Shown here piece by piece: positions 50,620-60,791 of a stretch of 64,000 bases of DNA. Position numbers and translations under genes: made by a program. The notes beneath the pieces were generated by a model that ran no database searches, was not told where the DNA came from, and saw only the letters and a program-made list of their open reading frames with translations. Position 1 is the stretch's first letter. The number at the start of each line of letters is the position of its first letter. The stretch spans positions 212,775 to 276,774 of the forward strand of contig CAVVIC010000004.1 in assembly GCA_963748045.1 (NCBI GenBank). The letters run 5' to 3'. The DNA is from an uncultured Gammaproteobacteria bacterium (GTDB taxonomy: Bacteria; Pseudomonadota; Gammaproteobacteria; Steroidobacterales; Rariloculaceae).

Positions 50620-51105
50620 TTGGAGGCGTTGCTGGTCTGGCTCCAGGGCTCGCTGCTCGGCGAGTTCATGCGGGGCTCGGGCGTGTGGGCGTACGGAGTC
50701 GTGAACCTCGTGCACATCCTGAGCGTGGCCACGCTGTTTGGCTCGGTGCTCGTGCTCGATCTGCGGCTGCTCGGCGCATGGCGGCGCGTACCGCTGGCCG
50801 CGCTCGAGCCGCCGACGATTCCGCTCGCCGTCGTCGGGTTCTGCTGCGCAGCGCTGAGCGGCCTGTGTCTCCTTGCGACGAACGCAACCGAATACCTTGG
50901 CAATCCGTTCGTGCCGATCAAGTTCGCGGCCATTGCCCTCGGCCTGCTCAATGCCGTGGTCGTGGCAGCGCTGCCGGCCTGGCGCGCGCGGCACGCCGAG
51001 CCGCTGGCGCCGAATCACCGACGTGCGCTGGCGGTTGCGGGCGGCACGTCGCTCGCGTGCTGGGTCAGCGCCGCCGCGGCCGGGAGAATGATCGGCTATT
51101 GGTGA
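50620..51105 (+). CDS. Four-TM membrane protein, hypothetical
   Basis: 161 aa from TTG 50620 (alternative ATG 50668). Carries WAYGVVNLVHILSVATLFGSVLVLDLRLLG and C-terminal AAAGRMIGYW. No family assigned with confidence. Confidence 0.5.
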   Translation: MEALLVWLQGSLLGEFMRGSGVWAYGVVNLVHILSVATLFGSVLVLDLRLLGAWRRVPLAALEPPTIPLAVVGFCCAALSGLCLLATNATEYLGNPFVPIKFAAIALGLLNAVVVAALPAWRARHAEPLAPNHRRALAVAGGTSLACWVSAAAAGRMIGYW

Positions 51106-51121
51106 TCGGTGGCGGGTGAGC

Positions 51122-53170
51122 TCAGCGCGTCGCGGGTTTCGCGAGCCGCTCGATCACGAACGCGGCCACGTCGCGAATCTGTTCCGGCGTGAGGCTCGTG
51201 CCGAACGCCGGCATCGCGTTGCGGCCTTCGGTCGCGACTTGCAGCACGACGGCGGCGCTGCGCAGTTGCTGCAACGTGGGGCCGCCGCCGTGGCCACCTT
51301 CGCCTTGCTCGCCGTGACAGAACACGCAGGCGGTCTTGAACACGGTTTCGCCGTTCGCGACGTTCGGCGTGCCGCCGGCACCCGGTGCGAACGTCAGCAA
51401 CGAGCCGCCCGGCGGCACGGGCTCGAGCGTGCCGTCGAGTGCGAACAGCCACAGGCTGTCGCCGCGCGGCGCTGCCGGCGAACAGGTTGCCGGCCGAGTA
51501 CGCGATGACGTACTGCTTGCCGCCCTGCTCGAACGTGCTGGCCGGCGCGTTCATGCCGGCGCCGGTCTGGAACTGCCAGAGCGGCAGGCCGGTCGCCGAG
51601 TCGAGCGCCTGTAAACGACCGTCGTTGCGACCGACGAATACGAGGCCGCCGCCGGTGGCCAGCGAGCCGCTGTAGCACGGCGCCGGCCAGTGCTGCTGCC
51701 ACACGAGCTTGTTCGTGTGCATGTCGAGCGCGGCGAACACGCCGAGCGCGTTCATGTGGAAACCGCCGATGCCACCTGCGATATAGCCGGCGCCTTCGGG
51801 CGGCCGCTCGGCCGTGACCTCTTGCGACAGGTACGACCAGATCCGGTCGGCAGCGCACACGTACAAAAACCCGCTGGCCGGATCGTACGAGCTCGGCGGC
51901 CAGTTCACGCCGCCCGGTGGACCCGGCTTGATCAACGTCGGCGTGGTCCAGAACGGCGTGAAGATCTTGCCGCCGTTCACGAGCGTGGCGCCTTCCGGTG
52001 CGATGTCGATCGACTGCGGAATGAACGCGTCGCCGCGCGGATACGGCTGCGTCGCGGCGGTGCCCTGGCGCGGCTCCTGCGGCACAGGTCGTTCGTCGAT
52101 GCCGACCAGCGGTTTGCCGTTCGTGCGATCGAGGATGTACACCCAGCCGGTCTTGCTGGCTTGCGCGATGCCTTTGCGTGGGCTTCCGTCGATCGTGCAG
52201 ATCGAACAGCGTGACGGGGGAGGCCGCGTCGTAGTCCCAGATGTCGTGATGCACCTGCTGGAAGTGCCAGCGGTATTTGCCGGTCTTCGCGTCGACCGCC
52301 ACGACGGACGTCGAGAACAGGTTGTCGCCGTGGCGGATGGAGCCGTTGTAGTCGGGGCCGGGATTGCCCGTGGCGAAGTAGATGAGGCCGAGCTCGGGAT
52401 CGACGGCCGGCGTGTTCCATACCGGCGCGCCGCCGTCCTGCCAGATCTCGTTGTCCTGCGGCCAGGTGTCGTGGCCGACTTCGCCCGGGCCCGGGCACCG
52501 TGTAGAAGGTCCACACGAGCTTGCCGTTGCGCGCGTCGAACGCCTTGACGCGGCCGCGAACGCCCGTCTCGCCGCCCGCGAAGCCGGTGAACACGAGGCC
52601 GTCGTAGTACAGCGGCGCGGTGGTGATCGTGTAACCCTCCTGCCAGCGCTCGGCCTGGACTGGACCACGCGACCTTGCCGCGTGCGCTGATCGAGCGCGA
52701 CGAGCTTGCCGTCGAGCTGGCCGACGAACACCTTGCCGTCGCCGAGCGCCACGCCGCGATTGGTCCAGCCGCAGCACACGGCGGTGTTCGTCGCGTCGAG
52801 GTTCGCGCGGTACTCCCAGAGGATCGCGCCGCTGTCGACGCCGACGGCGAACACGTCGTTGGCGCCGGTCGCGATGTAGATCACGCCGCGATACACGATC
52901 GGCTGCGCTTCGCCGGAATACTGCGGCGCCGAGTCCCGAGCCGCGCAGGTGCGTGCGCCACACGCCCTTCAGGTTCGCGACGTTGCCGCGGTCGATGGCC
53001 TTCAGCGGCGAGTAGCGCTGGTTGCCCAGTTGCCGCCGTTCGTCGGCCAGCCGTCGGTGGGGGCCGCGACGAGATCGCTGTTGCGGAACGCCGGCGCTCG
53101 CGCGATCGTCTGCGCCGTCGCAGCGGTTGCGTGCGAAGAGCAGCGAGCAGTGCGACAACGCAGGTCTTCA
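51122..53170 (-). pseudogene. PQQ-dependent dehydrogenase, methanol/ethanol family, with C-terminal cytochrome c domain (copy A), at least six frame shifts
   Basis: ATG 53170. NQRYSPLKAIDRGNVANLKGVWR, AVCCGWTNRG, FQQVHHDIWDYDAASP, GNPGPDYNG, ALDMHTNKLVWQQ and GGLVFVGRNDGRLQALD are spread over three frames. The C-terminal TACVFCHGEQGEGGHGGG (CxxCH) domain is intact, 51122-51418. Confidence 0.85.
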
Positions 53171-53229
53171 TCGATTCGGCCCTTCGGCGGCGTGCGGATT
53201 TGTGCAACTGTGCAAGGCCAGGCACGTCT

Positions 53230-54993
53230 TCACTTGCCGGCGGGGACGGGGTCGAGCGTGCCGTCGAGCGCGAACAGCCACACGCTGTCGCCTTTAACCG
53301 AGCCCGCGAACACGCTGCCGGCCGAATATGCCGACCACGTACTGCTTGCCGTTGTGGCCGAACACGCTGACGGTCGAGTTCATGCCGGCGCCGGTCTGGA
53401 ACTCCCACAGCTTGCTCGCCGTTGCTCGAATCGAGCGCCGTGAGCCGGCCGTCGTTGCGGCCGACGAACACGAGGCCGCCGGCCGTCGCGGTCGCGCCGC
53501 TGTTGCAGGTGTTGGCCCAGTGCTGTTGCCACACGATCTTGTTCGTGTGCATGTCGAGCGCGGTGAACGTGCCCTGCGGCGGCAACGGGTTGCTGCCGAA
53601 GTTGCCGCCGATGTAGAGCTCGCCAGCCGGCGGTCTGCGTCGGCTCGATGTCCCACGCGCGAAAGGTGCTCGCGTTGTCGCGCGCGCAGACGAACAAATG
53701 GCCGCTGCCGCATCGAGCGCACTCGGCGGCCAGTTCGCGCCGCCGCTGATGCCGGGCTTCGCGACCATGTAGTCGGTCCAGTACGGCGTGAAGATCTTGC
53801 CGCCGTTCACGAGCGTGTAGCCCTCGGGTGCGATGTCGACCGACTGCGGCACGAACGCGTCGCCGCGCGGATACGGCTGCGTGGCGGCCGTCGCCTGGCG
53901 CGGCTCCTGCGGCACGGCGCGCTCGTCGATGCCGACGAGCGGTTTGCCGTCGGTGCGGTCGAGGATGTACACCCAACCCGACTTGCTGGCTTCCGCGATG
54001 GCCTTTGCGTGGCTTGCCGTCGAGCGTGATGTCGAACAGCACGACGGGGCTCGCGCTGTCGTAGTCCCAGAGGTCGTGATGGACCTGCTGGAAGTGCCAA
54101 CGGTATTTGCCGGTCTTCGCGTCGAGCGCCATGATCGACGACGTGTACAGGTTGTCGCCCTTGCGGATCGCGCCGTTGAAGTCGGGGCCGGGGTTGCCGG
54201 TCGAGAAGAAGATCAGGCCGAGCTCGGGATCGACGGCCGGGGTCTGCCACACGGTCGCGCCGCCGTGCTGCCAGATCTCGTTGTCCTGCGGCCAGGTCTC
54301 GTTGCCGGGCTCGCCGCGGCCCGGAATCGTATAGAACGTCCACACGAGCTTGCCGTCGCGCGCGTCGTACGCGCGCACGCGGCCGCGTACCCCGAGCTCG
54401 GCGCCGGCGAAGCCGACGATCACGAGGCCGTTGTAGTACAGCGGCGCGGCCGTGATCGTGAATCCGTCCTGCGGTTTTTCGGCCAGGATCGACCACGCGA
54501 TTTTGCCACTCTTGGCATCGAGCGCGACGAGCTTGCCGTCGAGCTGGCCGACGAAGATCTTGCCGCCGCCAGCCGCGACGCCGCGGTTCGTCCAGCTACA
54601 GCACACCGATTTGTTGTCCGGGTCGAGATTCGCGTGGTAGTCCCACAGCGTGGTGCCCGTGTCGACGCTGATCGCGAACACGTCGTTCGCGCCCGTCGAG
54701 ATGTAGACGACGCCGTCGACGACGAGCGGCTGCGCTTCGCCCGAGTACTGCGGGCCGACGCCGGAGCCGCCGAGCCGCGCGCGCCACACACCCTTGAGCT
54801 TCGCGACGTTGCTGCGGTCGATCTGCGTGAGCGGGGAGTAACGGCGGTTGTACCAGTCGCCGCCGTTCGTGGGCCAATCGACCGTCGGCGGCGCGACGTG
54901 TGGCTGGTCACGCGCGGTTTGTGCAAATGAAAGCGATGCGAGAGTGGCGAGTAGCGCGCCGGTCGCGAGCGCCGAAGTTGTGCAACAACGCAA
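53230..54993 (-). pseudogene. PQQ-dependent dehydrogenase, methanol/ethanol family, no cytochrome domain (copy B), at least four frame shifts in the 3' 830 nt
   Basis: TTG 54993 is preceded by AAGGAG. The first ~310 aa are clean (NRRYSPLTQIDRSNVAKLKGVWR, SVCCSWTNRG, FQQVHHDLWDYDSASP). The rest is split. It ends WLFALDGTLDPVPAGK, TGA 53230-53232. Confidence 0.85.
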
Positions 54994-55011
54994 AACCTGA
55001 CTCCTTAATAT

Positions 55012-57090
55012 CTAATGGGGCAGCTTGGTGGCGACGTACGCGGCGACGTCGCGGATCTGCTCGGGCGTCAACGCGCCGGTAAACGAGGGCATTTCCTTGC
55101 GGCCTTCGCTGACGGTCTGCACGACGAACACCGGCTCGCGCGCGTTCGCGAGCGGCTTGCCGCCGCCATGTCCGCCTTCGCCTTGCTCGCCGTGACAGAA
55201 CACGCACGCCGTGTCGTAGACCTGCCGGCCCTTGGTCGGGTCGGCCTCTCCCTGCGCAGCAGTGCTCAGCGTCAGCAACATGGCCGCGCCGGGCGCCGGG
55301 GCCGGATCCAGCGCGCCGTCGAGCGCGAACAGCCACACGCTGTCGCCTTTCGGCGAAGCGGCGAACAGATTGCCGGCCGAGTACGCGACGACGTACTGCT
55401 TGCCGCCGCGCTCGAACACCGTGACCGGCGCGTTCATGCCGGCGCCGGTCTGGAACTCCCAGAGCTTCGCACCGTTACTCGAGTCGAGCGCCGTGAGCCG
55501 GCCGTCGTTGCGGCCGACGAACGTGAGCCCGCCGGCCGTCGTCGTCGAGCCGCTGTAGCACTCGTCGCTCCACTGTTGTTGCCACACGAGCGTGTTCGTG
55601 TGCATGTCGAGCGCGGCGAACACGCCGAGGCGCGGCACGGACGAGCTGCCGAACGCGCCCGCCACGAAACGCTTGCCCAAAACGGGCTCGGGGGCGGCGT
55701 CTTCGGTGTGGAACACGCCGATGCGGTCCTGCGCGCACACGTAGATGTAGCCGGTCTTGGGATCGTACGAGCTCGGCGGCCAGTTCGCGCCGCCGCTGAA
55801 CGCAGGTTTGATGGGCACCTGCTGCTCGGTCCAGAACGGCGTGAAGATCTTGCCGCCGTTGACGAGCGTAAAGCCTTCGGGCGCGATCGCGATCGATTGC
55901 GGCACGAACGCATCGCCGCTGCGGATAGGTTGCGTGGGCGCGGTCGCCTGCCGCGGCTCCTGCGGCACCGGCCGCTCGTCGATGCCGATCAGCGGCGTGC
56001 CGTTCGTGCGATCGAGAATGTAGACCCAGCCCGTCTTGCTCGGCTGCGCGATGCCTTTGCGTAGCGTCCCGTTCAGCTCGACGTCGAATAGCACCACGGG
56101 GCTCGGGCCGTCGTAGTCCCAGATGTCGTGATGCACCTGCTGGAAGTGCCAGCGGTATTGGCCGGTCTTGGCATCGAGCGCGACGATCGAGGCCGTGAAC
56201 AGGTTGTCGCCCTTGCGCACGCCGCCGCTGTAGTCGGGGCCCGGGTTGCCGGTCGAGAAATACAGGAGCCCGAGCTTGGGATCGACCGCGGGCGTCTGCC
56301 ATACCGAGCCGCCGCCGCTCTTCCACGAGTCGTTGTCCTGCGGCCACGTATCGTGGCCGCGCTCGCCGGGGCCCGGCACCGTGTAGAAGGTCCAGGCCGG
56401 TGCGCCGGTCTTCGCGTTGAACGCTTTCACGCGGCCGCGGATGCCGAATTCGGCGCCCGACACGCCGATGATCACGAGGCCGTCGTAGTAGAGCGGCGCG
56501 GCCGTGATGCTGTAGCCCTCCTGCCAGCGCTCGGCCTGAACCTGCCACACGACCTTGCCGGTTTTCTGCTCGAGCGCCACGAGCTTGCCGTCGAGCTGGC
56601 CGACGAACACCTTGCCGTCGCCGAGCCCCACGCCGCGGCTCGTCCAGCCGCAGCACACGACGTCGTTCTTGTCGTCGAGCTTGGCCTCGTACTTCCAGAG
56701 TACGTCGCCGCTGTCGACGCCGATCGCGAACACGTCGTCGGCGCCCGTGACGACGTAGATCACGCCGTCGTAGACGATCGGTTGCGCTTCGCCCGAGTAC
56801 TTCGTGCCGACGCCCGAGCCGCCGAGTCGCGTGCGCCACACGCCTTTGAGCTTCGCGACGTTGCCGCGGTCGATCTGCGCGAGGGGCGAGTAACGTTGGT
56901 TGTACCAATTGCCGCCGTTCGTGGGCCACGCGTTCGTGGGCGGGGCGACCAGTGCGTCGCCCTTCCAGGCCGGTGCCGGGCGCGTCGTCTGCCCGGCCGC
57001 TGTTGCGGCGGCGAGCATGGCCGCCGCTAGTGTCCACCCCCGCGCGCTGCCCGCGCCTGTGCGGGCGCTCCGCGCCTTCCTCGAGCTCAT
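55012..57090 (-). CDS. Quinohaemoprotein PQQ-dependent dehydrogenase, methanol/ethanol family, with C-terminal cytochrome c domain (copy C), intact
   Basis: 692 aa from ATG 57090 (the track ORF extends to 57264). Signal peptide; NQRYSPLAQIDRGNVAKLKGVWR; vicinal VVCCGWTSRG; FQQVHHDIWDYDGPSP; ALDMHTNTLVWQQ; C-terminal DTACVFCHGEQGEGGHGGG. Confidence 0.9.
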   Translation of the reverse strand: MSSRKARSARTGAGSARGWTLAAAMLAAATAAGQTTRPAPAWKGDALVAPPTNAWPTNGGNWYNQRYSPLAQIDRGNVAKLKGVWRTRLGGSGVGTKYSGEAQPIVYDGVIYVVTGADDVFAIGVDSGDVLWKYEAKLDDKNDVVCCGWTSRGVGLGDGKVFVGQLDGKLVALEQKTGKVVWQVQAERWQEGYSITAAPLYYDGLVIIGVSGAEFGIRGRVKAFNAKTGAPAWTFYTVPGPGERGHDTWPQDNDSWKSGGGSVWQTPAVDPKLGLLYFSTGNPGPDYSGGVRKGDNLFTASIVALDAKTGQYRWHFQQVHHDIWDYDGPSPVVLFDVELNGTLRKGIAQPSKTGWVYILDRTNGTPLIGIDERPVPQEPRQATAPTQPIRSGDAFVPQSIAIAPEGFTLVNGGKIFTPFWTEQQVPIKPAFSGGANWPPSSYDPKTGYIYVCAQDRIGVFHTEDAAPEPVLGKRFVAGAFGSSSVPRLGVFAALDMHTNTLVWQQQWSDECYSGSTTTAGGLTFVGRNDGRLTALDSSNGAKLWEFQTGAGMNAPVTVFERGGKQYVVAYSAGNLFAASPKGDSVWLFALDGALDPAPAPGAAMLLTLSTAAQGEADPTKGRQVYDTACVFCHGEQGEGGHGGGKPLANAREPVFVVQTVSEGRKEMPSFTGALTPEQIRDVAAYVATKLPH

Positions 57091-57275
57091 CGCAAGTCCC
57101 CCCGAACGAGATACGCCGTCGCCAGGCCGAAAGCGGCCCCGTGCGGCCCGGCTCACGCCGGTGCCAGGGTGTCGTTCTCGCGCCGAGGCCCGGTTGTTGT
57201 ACGTTATGCGCCGAGGCGATAAAGTCCACGAATTCCGGGCCGTCTGGCTCGGGCAGAGTATCAAGGAGTTGCGCT

Positions 57276-59688
57276 ATGGCTTACAACTTGTTGGGTAAGA
57301 ACTTCGTGCCGCCCGACGTGCACGGCAAAGTCACCGGCAAGGCGAAGTACGCCGAAGACTTTCGCGCCGAGGGCATGGCGTTCTGCCGGCTCATGCTGAG
57401 CCCCATGCCGCACGCGCGAGTCCGCAACATCGACGCCAAGGAAGCGCTCGCCATGCCGGGCGTGTTCGGCATCCTGACGGCCGACGATGTGCCTGCGCAG
57501 CCGGCCCCGGGCGAGCCCATCCTCACGAACGAGCCGATGTACGTCGGCCAACCGATCCTCGCGGTCGCCGCGGTCGACGAGACCACGGCCCAGGACGCGA
57601 TCGACAAGATCAAGCTCGACCTCGAGGAGCTGCCGTTCACGGTGGACCCGCTGCAGAGCCTGTTCCCCGGCGGCCCCGACGCGCGCACGGACGGCAACGT
57701 CATCGACAACCGCCTGATCGGTCCGCCGAAGCTGAAGAAAGCCAAGTGGACGGCCGCGGACTTCCAACGTCCCGGAGGGCCAGCTGCCGGCCGGCGAGCC
57801 CGTGCTCGAGTGGTCGTTCGGCGACGTCGACGCGGGCTTCAAGAAAGCCGCGCTCGTGATCGACGAGACGTTCGTGACGGGCACCATGTCGCACCACTCG
57901 ATGGAGCCGCGCTCCGCGATGGCGTATTGGGAAAACGGCAAGTGCTTCGTGTACGGCTCCACGCAGAGCCAGAGCTTCATCGTGCCGGCGCTCGCGGGCT
58001 ACATCGGCATCAAGCCCGACGATCTCGTGTACGTCGCCGAGACCTGCGGCGGCGGCTTCGGCTCGAAAGGCTCGGCGTATCCGCAGATGGCGATCCCGGC
58101 CTACATGGCGAAGAAGATCGGCAAGCCCGTGATGATGCGCATCAGCCGTGCCGAGGAGTACTTCATCGGCAATGCGCGCACGGGGTTCCAGGGCCGCATC
58201 AAGCTCGGCTTCGACAAGACCGGCCGCGTCACGGCTGCCGATCTGTACATCGTGCAGGAGAACGGCCCGACCACCGGCTTCCCGGATTGGCCGTCGGCCG
58301 GTGACACGGTATCGATGCTCTATCAGCCGCCGGCGATGCGCTTCCGCGGCATGTGCGTCATGACGAACACGATCCCGCGCATCGCGCAGCGTGGCCCCGG
58401 TCACAACCAGACGGTGGCTGCCGTCGAGCCGCTGATCGACAAGGCGGCCAAGCAGCTCGGCATCGATCGGCTCGAGATCCGCAAGATCAACGGCCCGAAG
58501 ATGGACGCGAAGCTCGGCGCGCAACAGGGGCCGGTCACGAGCTGCTACATGCAGGACGCGATCGCCAAGGGTGCGGCAGCGTTCAACTACAACGAACGCA
58601 AAACGCGCAGCGGCCAGAAGAACGGCACCAAGATCACGGGCATCGGCGTCGGCCAGGCGTTCCACCCGGCGGGCTTCGCGGGCTTCGACGGCCTCGTGCG
58701 CATCACGCCCGACGGCAAGATCCACCTGCACACCGGCGTCGGCAATCTCGGCACGTACTCGCACTCGGGCACGCAGCGCGTCGCGGCCGAAGCGCTGAAG
58801 GCGAACTGGGAGAACTGCATCGTCGAGCGTGGCGACACGCGCAAGGGCTTGCCGTGGAACATCGGCCAGTTCGGCAGCAACACGTCGTTCACGATGTCGC
58901 GCTCGAGCTACGCGGCCGCGATGGACGCGGTCGGCAAGCTCAAAGAGATCGCGGCCATGGATCTCGGCGGTAAAGCCGACGACTACGATATCGCCGACGA
59001 GAAAGTGTTCCGCAAGGGCGATCCGAGCAAGAGCCTGACGTATGCGCAGGCCGCGAAGCGCGCGATCGAGCTCGGCGGCAAGTTCGACGGGCACGAGGCT
59101 CCGGCCGACGTGAATCCGATGACGTCGGGTGCGGCGAAGGGCTTCGCCGGCACGGGCCTGGTCGGCATCGCGAAGGACAACATGCCGCTCACGGCGCAGC
59201 CGGCGGCGTTCGTTGCGGGCTTCGTCGAGATCTCGCTCGACACGGAGACCGGCGCGTTCGACATCGTCGACTACGTGGCGGTGGCCGACTGCGGCACCGT
59301 GATCCATCCGCAGAGTCTCGCGACGCAGATCAAGGGCGGCGCGGTCATGGGCTTCGGCTTAGCGACGCTCGAGCGGCACATCTACGATCCGCAGAACGGT
59401 CTGCCGCAAAGCGTCGGCCTCTATCAGGCGAAGCCGGCGAGCTACCTCGACGTGGCGCGCACGTTCACGACGGACGCCGTCGACAAGCCCGATCCGCAGA
59501 GCCCGCTCGGCACGAAGGGTATCGGCGAGCCCGTCATGGGCGCCGGCGCGTCCGCGTTGCTGTGCGCGATCTCCGACGCGCTCGGCGGCCACTACTTCAA
59601 CCGCGTGCCCGTCATGCGCGATCACATCGTGAACGCGCTCGCGAAGCGGCCGCAGTCGCACAAGCCGCTGCAGGTCAACACGGCCTGA
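57276..59688 (+). pseudogene. Xanthine dehydrogenase/aldehyde oxidase family molybdopterin-binding subunit, one frame shift near 57775
   Basis: MAYNLLGKNFVPPDVHGKVTGKAKYAEDF, MSHHSMEPRSAMAYW, YVAETCGGGFGSK, RGPGHNQTVAAVEPLID, VADCGTVIHPQSLATQIKGGAVMGFG, TKGIGEPVMGAGASAL. No 2Fe-2S or FAD subunit gene is adjacent. Confidence 0.85.
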
Positions 59689-59690
59689 GG

Positions 59691-60791
59691 ATGGCCTCGC
59701 GCGCCGTCGTCGCACTGGCGACCCTCGTGCTGGTCGCGCAGGCCGCCGTCGCTCAGCCGCAGGCGGCCGAATCGTCCGGCAAAGGGGCGCCGCGCGCCGT
59801 GACGCCGCGCGGCCCGCTGTCCGCCGAAGAGCGCAACACGATCGGCGTGTTCGAGAGCGTGAGCCCGTCGGTCGTGTACATCACGACGGTGCAGCACGTG
59901 CGCGACTTCTTCAGCCGCAACGTCATGCGCGTGCCGCAGGGCACGGGCTCCGGCTTCGTGTGGGACGAGCAGGGCCACATCGTCACGAACTTCCACGTGA
60001 TCCGGGGCGCGCAGGAAGCGCTCGTCACGCTCGGCGATCAGCGCAGCTTTCAGGCGCAGCTCGTCGGGGCGAGCCCCGAGCACGATCTCGCGGTGCTGAA
60101 GATCGACGTGCCGAAGGATTTGCCGAAGCCCATCGCGCTCGGCAGCAGCGGCGAGCTGCGCGTCGGCCAGAACGTGCTCGCGATCGGCAACCCGTTCGGC
60201 CTCGACCACACGCTGACCACCGGCATCGTGTCCGCGTTGAACCGCTCGGTCGACAACGAGCAGGGCGGCACGATCGAGAACGTGATTCAGACCGACGCCG
60301 CGATCAACCCCGGCAACTCCGGCGGCCCGCTGATCGACAGCGCGGGGCGGCTCGTCGGCATCAACACCATGATCTACAGCCCGTCGGGGGCGTACGCCGG
60401 CATCGGCTTCGCCGTGCCGGTCGACACGATCAACCGCGTCGTGCCGCGGCTGATCGGCTTCGGCCGCTACGTGCGGCCCACGCTCGGCATCTCGGCCAAC
60501 GACGACGTGAGCCGGCAGCTCTTGAACGACGACGCGAAAGGCGTGCTCGTGCTCGGCGTCTCGCCGGGCTCGCCGGCCGCGCAGGCCGGGTTGCGCGCGA
60601 CGGAAGTCACGCGCGCCGGTCGTGCGTCGATCGGCGACGTGATCGAAGCCGTCGACGGCAAGCCGGTCAAGGATTTCGGGGCGCTGGTCGACGTGCTCGA
60701 CACGCACGAGTTCGGCGATCGCATCACGCTGACCGTGCGTCGCGCGGGTGCGCGCCTCGAAGTGCCGATCACGCTGAACGACGCGCGTTAG
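59691..60791 (+). CDS. S1C-family (DegP/HtrA-like) periplasmic serine protease with one PDZ domain
   Basis: 366 aa, intact, with signal peptide. Catalytic-triad contexts TNFHVI, HDLAVLKI and GNSGGPL. PDZ region GVLVLGVSPGSPAAQAGL. Confidence 0.9.
   Translation: MASRAVVALATLVLVAQAAVAQPQAAESSGKGAPRAVTPRGPLSAEERNTIGVFESVSPSVVYITTVQHVRDFFSRNVMRVPQGTGSGFVWDEQGHIVTNFHVIRGAQEALVTLGDQRSFQAQLVGASPEHDLAVLKIDVPKDLPKPIALGSSGELRVGQNVLAIGNPFGLDHTLTTGIVSALNRSVDNEQGGTIENVIQTDAAINPGNSGGPLIDSAGRLVGINTMIYSPSGAYAGIGFAVPVDTINRVVPRLIGFGRYVRPTLGISANDDVSRQLLNDDAKGVLVLGVSPGSPAAQAGLRATEVTRAGRASIGDVIEAVDGKPVKDFGALVDVLDTHEFGDRITLTVRRAGARLEVPITLNDAR

Noticed and set aside
55012-57264. Extended N termini suggested by the ORF track (PQQ copy C from 57264; the large NTF2-esterase ORF from 39863; ORF 3043..4254 upstream of the tannase start)
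   Set aside because: The extra upstream text is Arg/Pro-rich and overlaps other genes or intergenic DNA. Signal peptides preceded by plausible ribosome-binding sites begin at 57090, 40403 and 3694.
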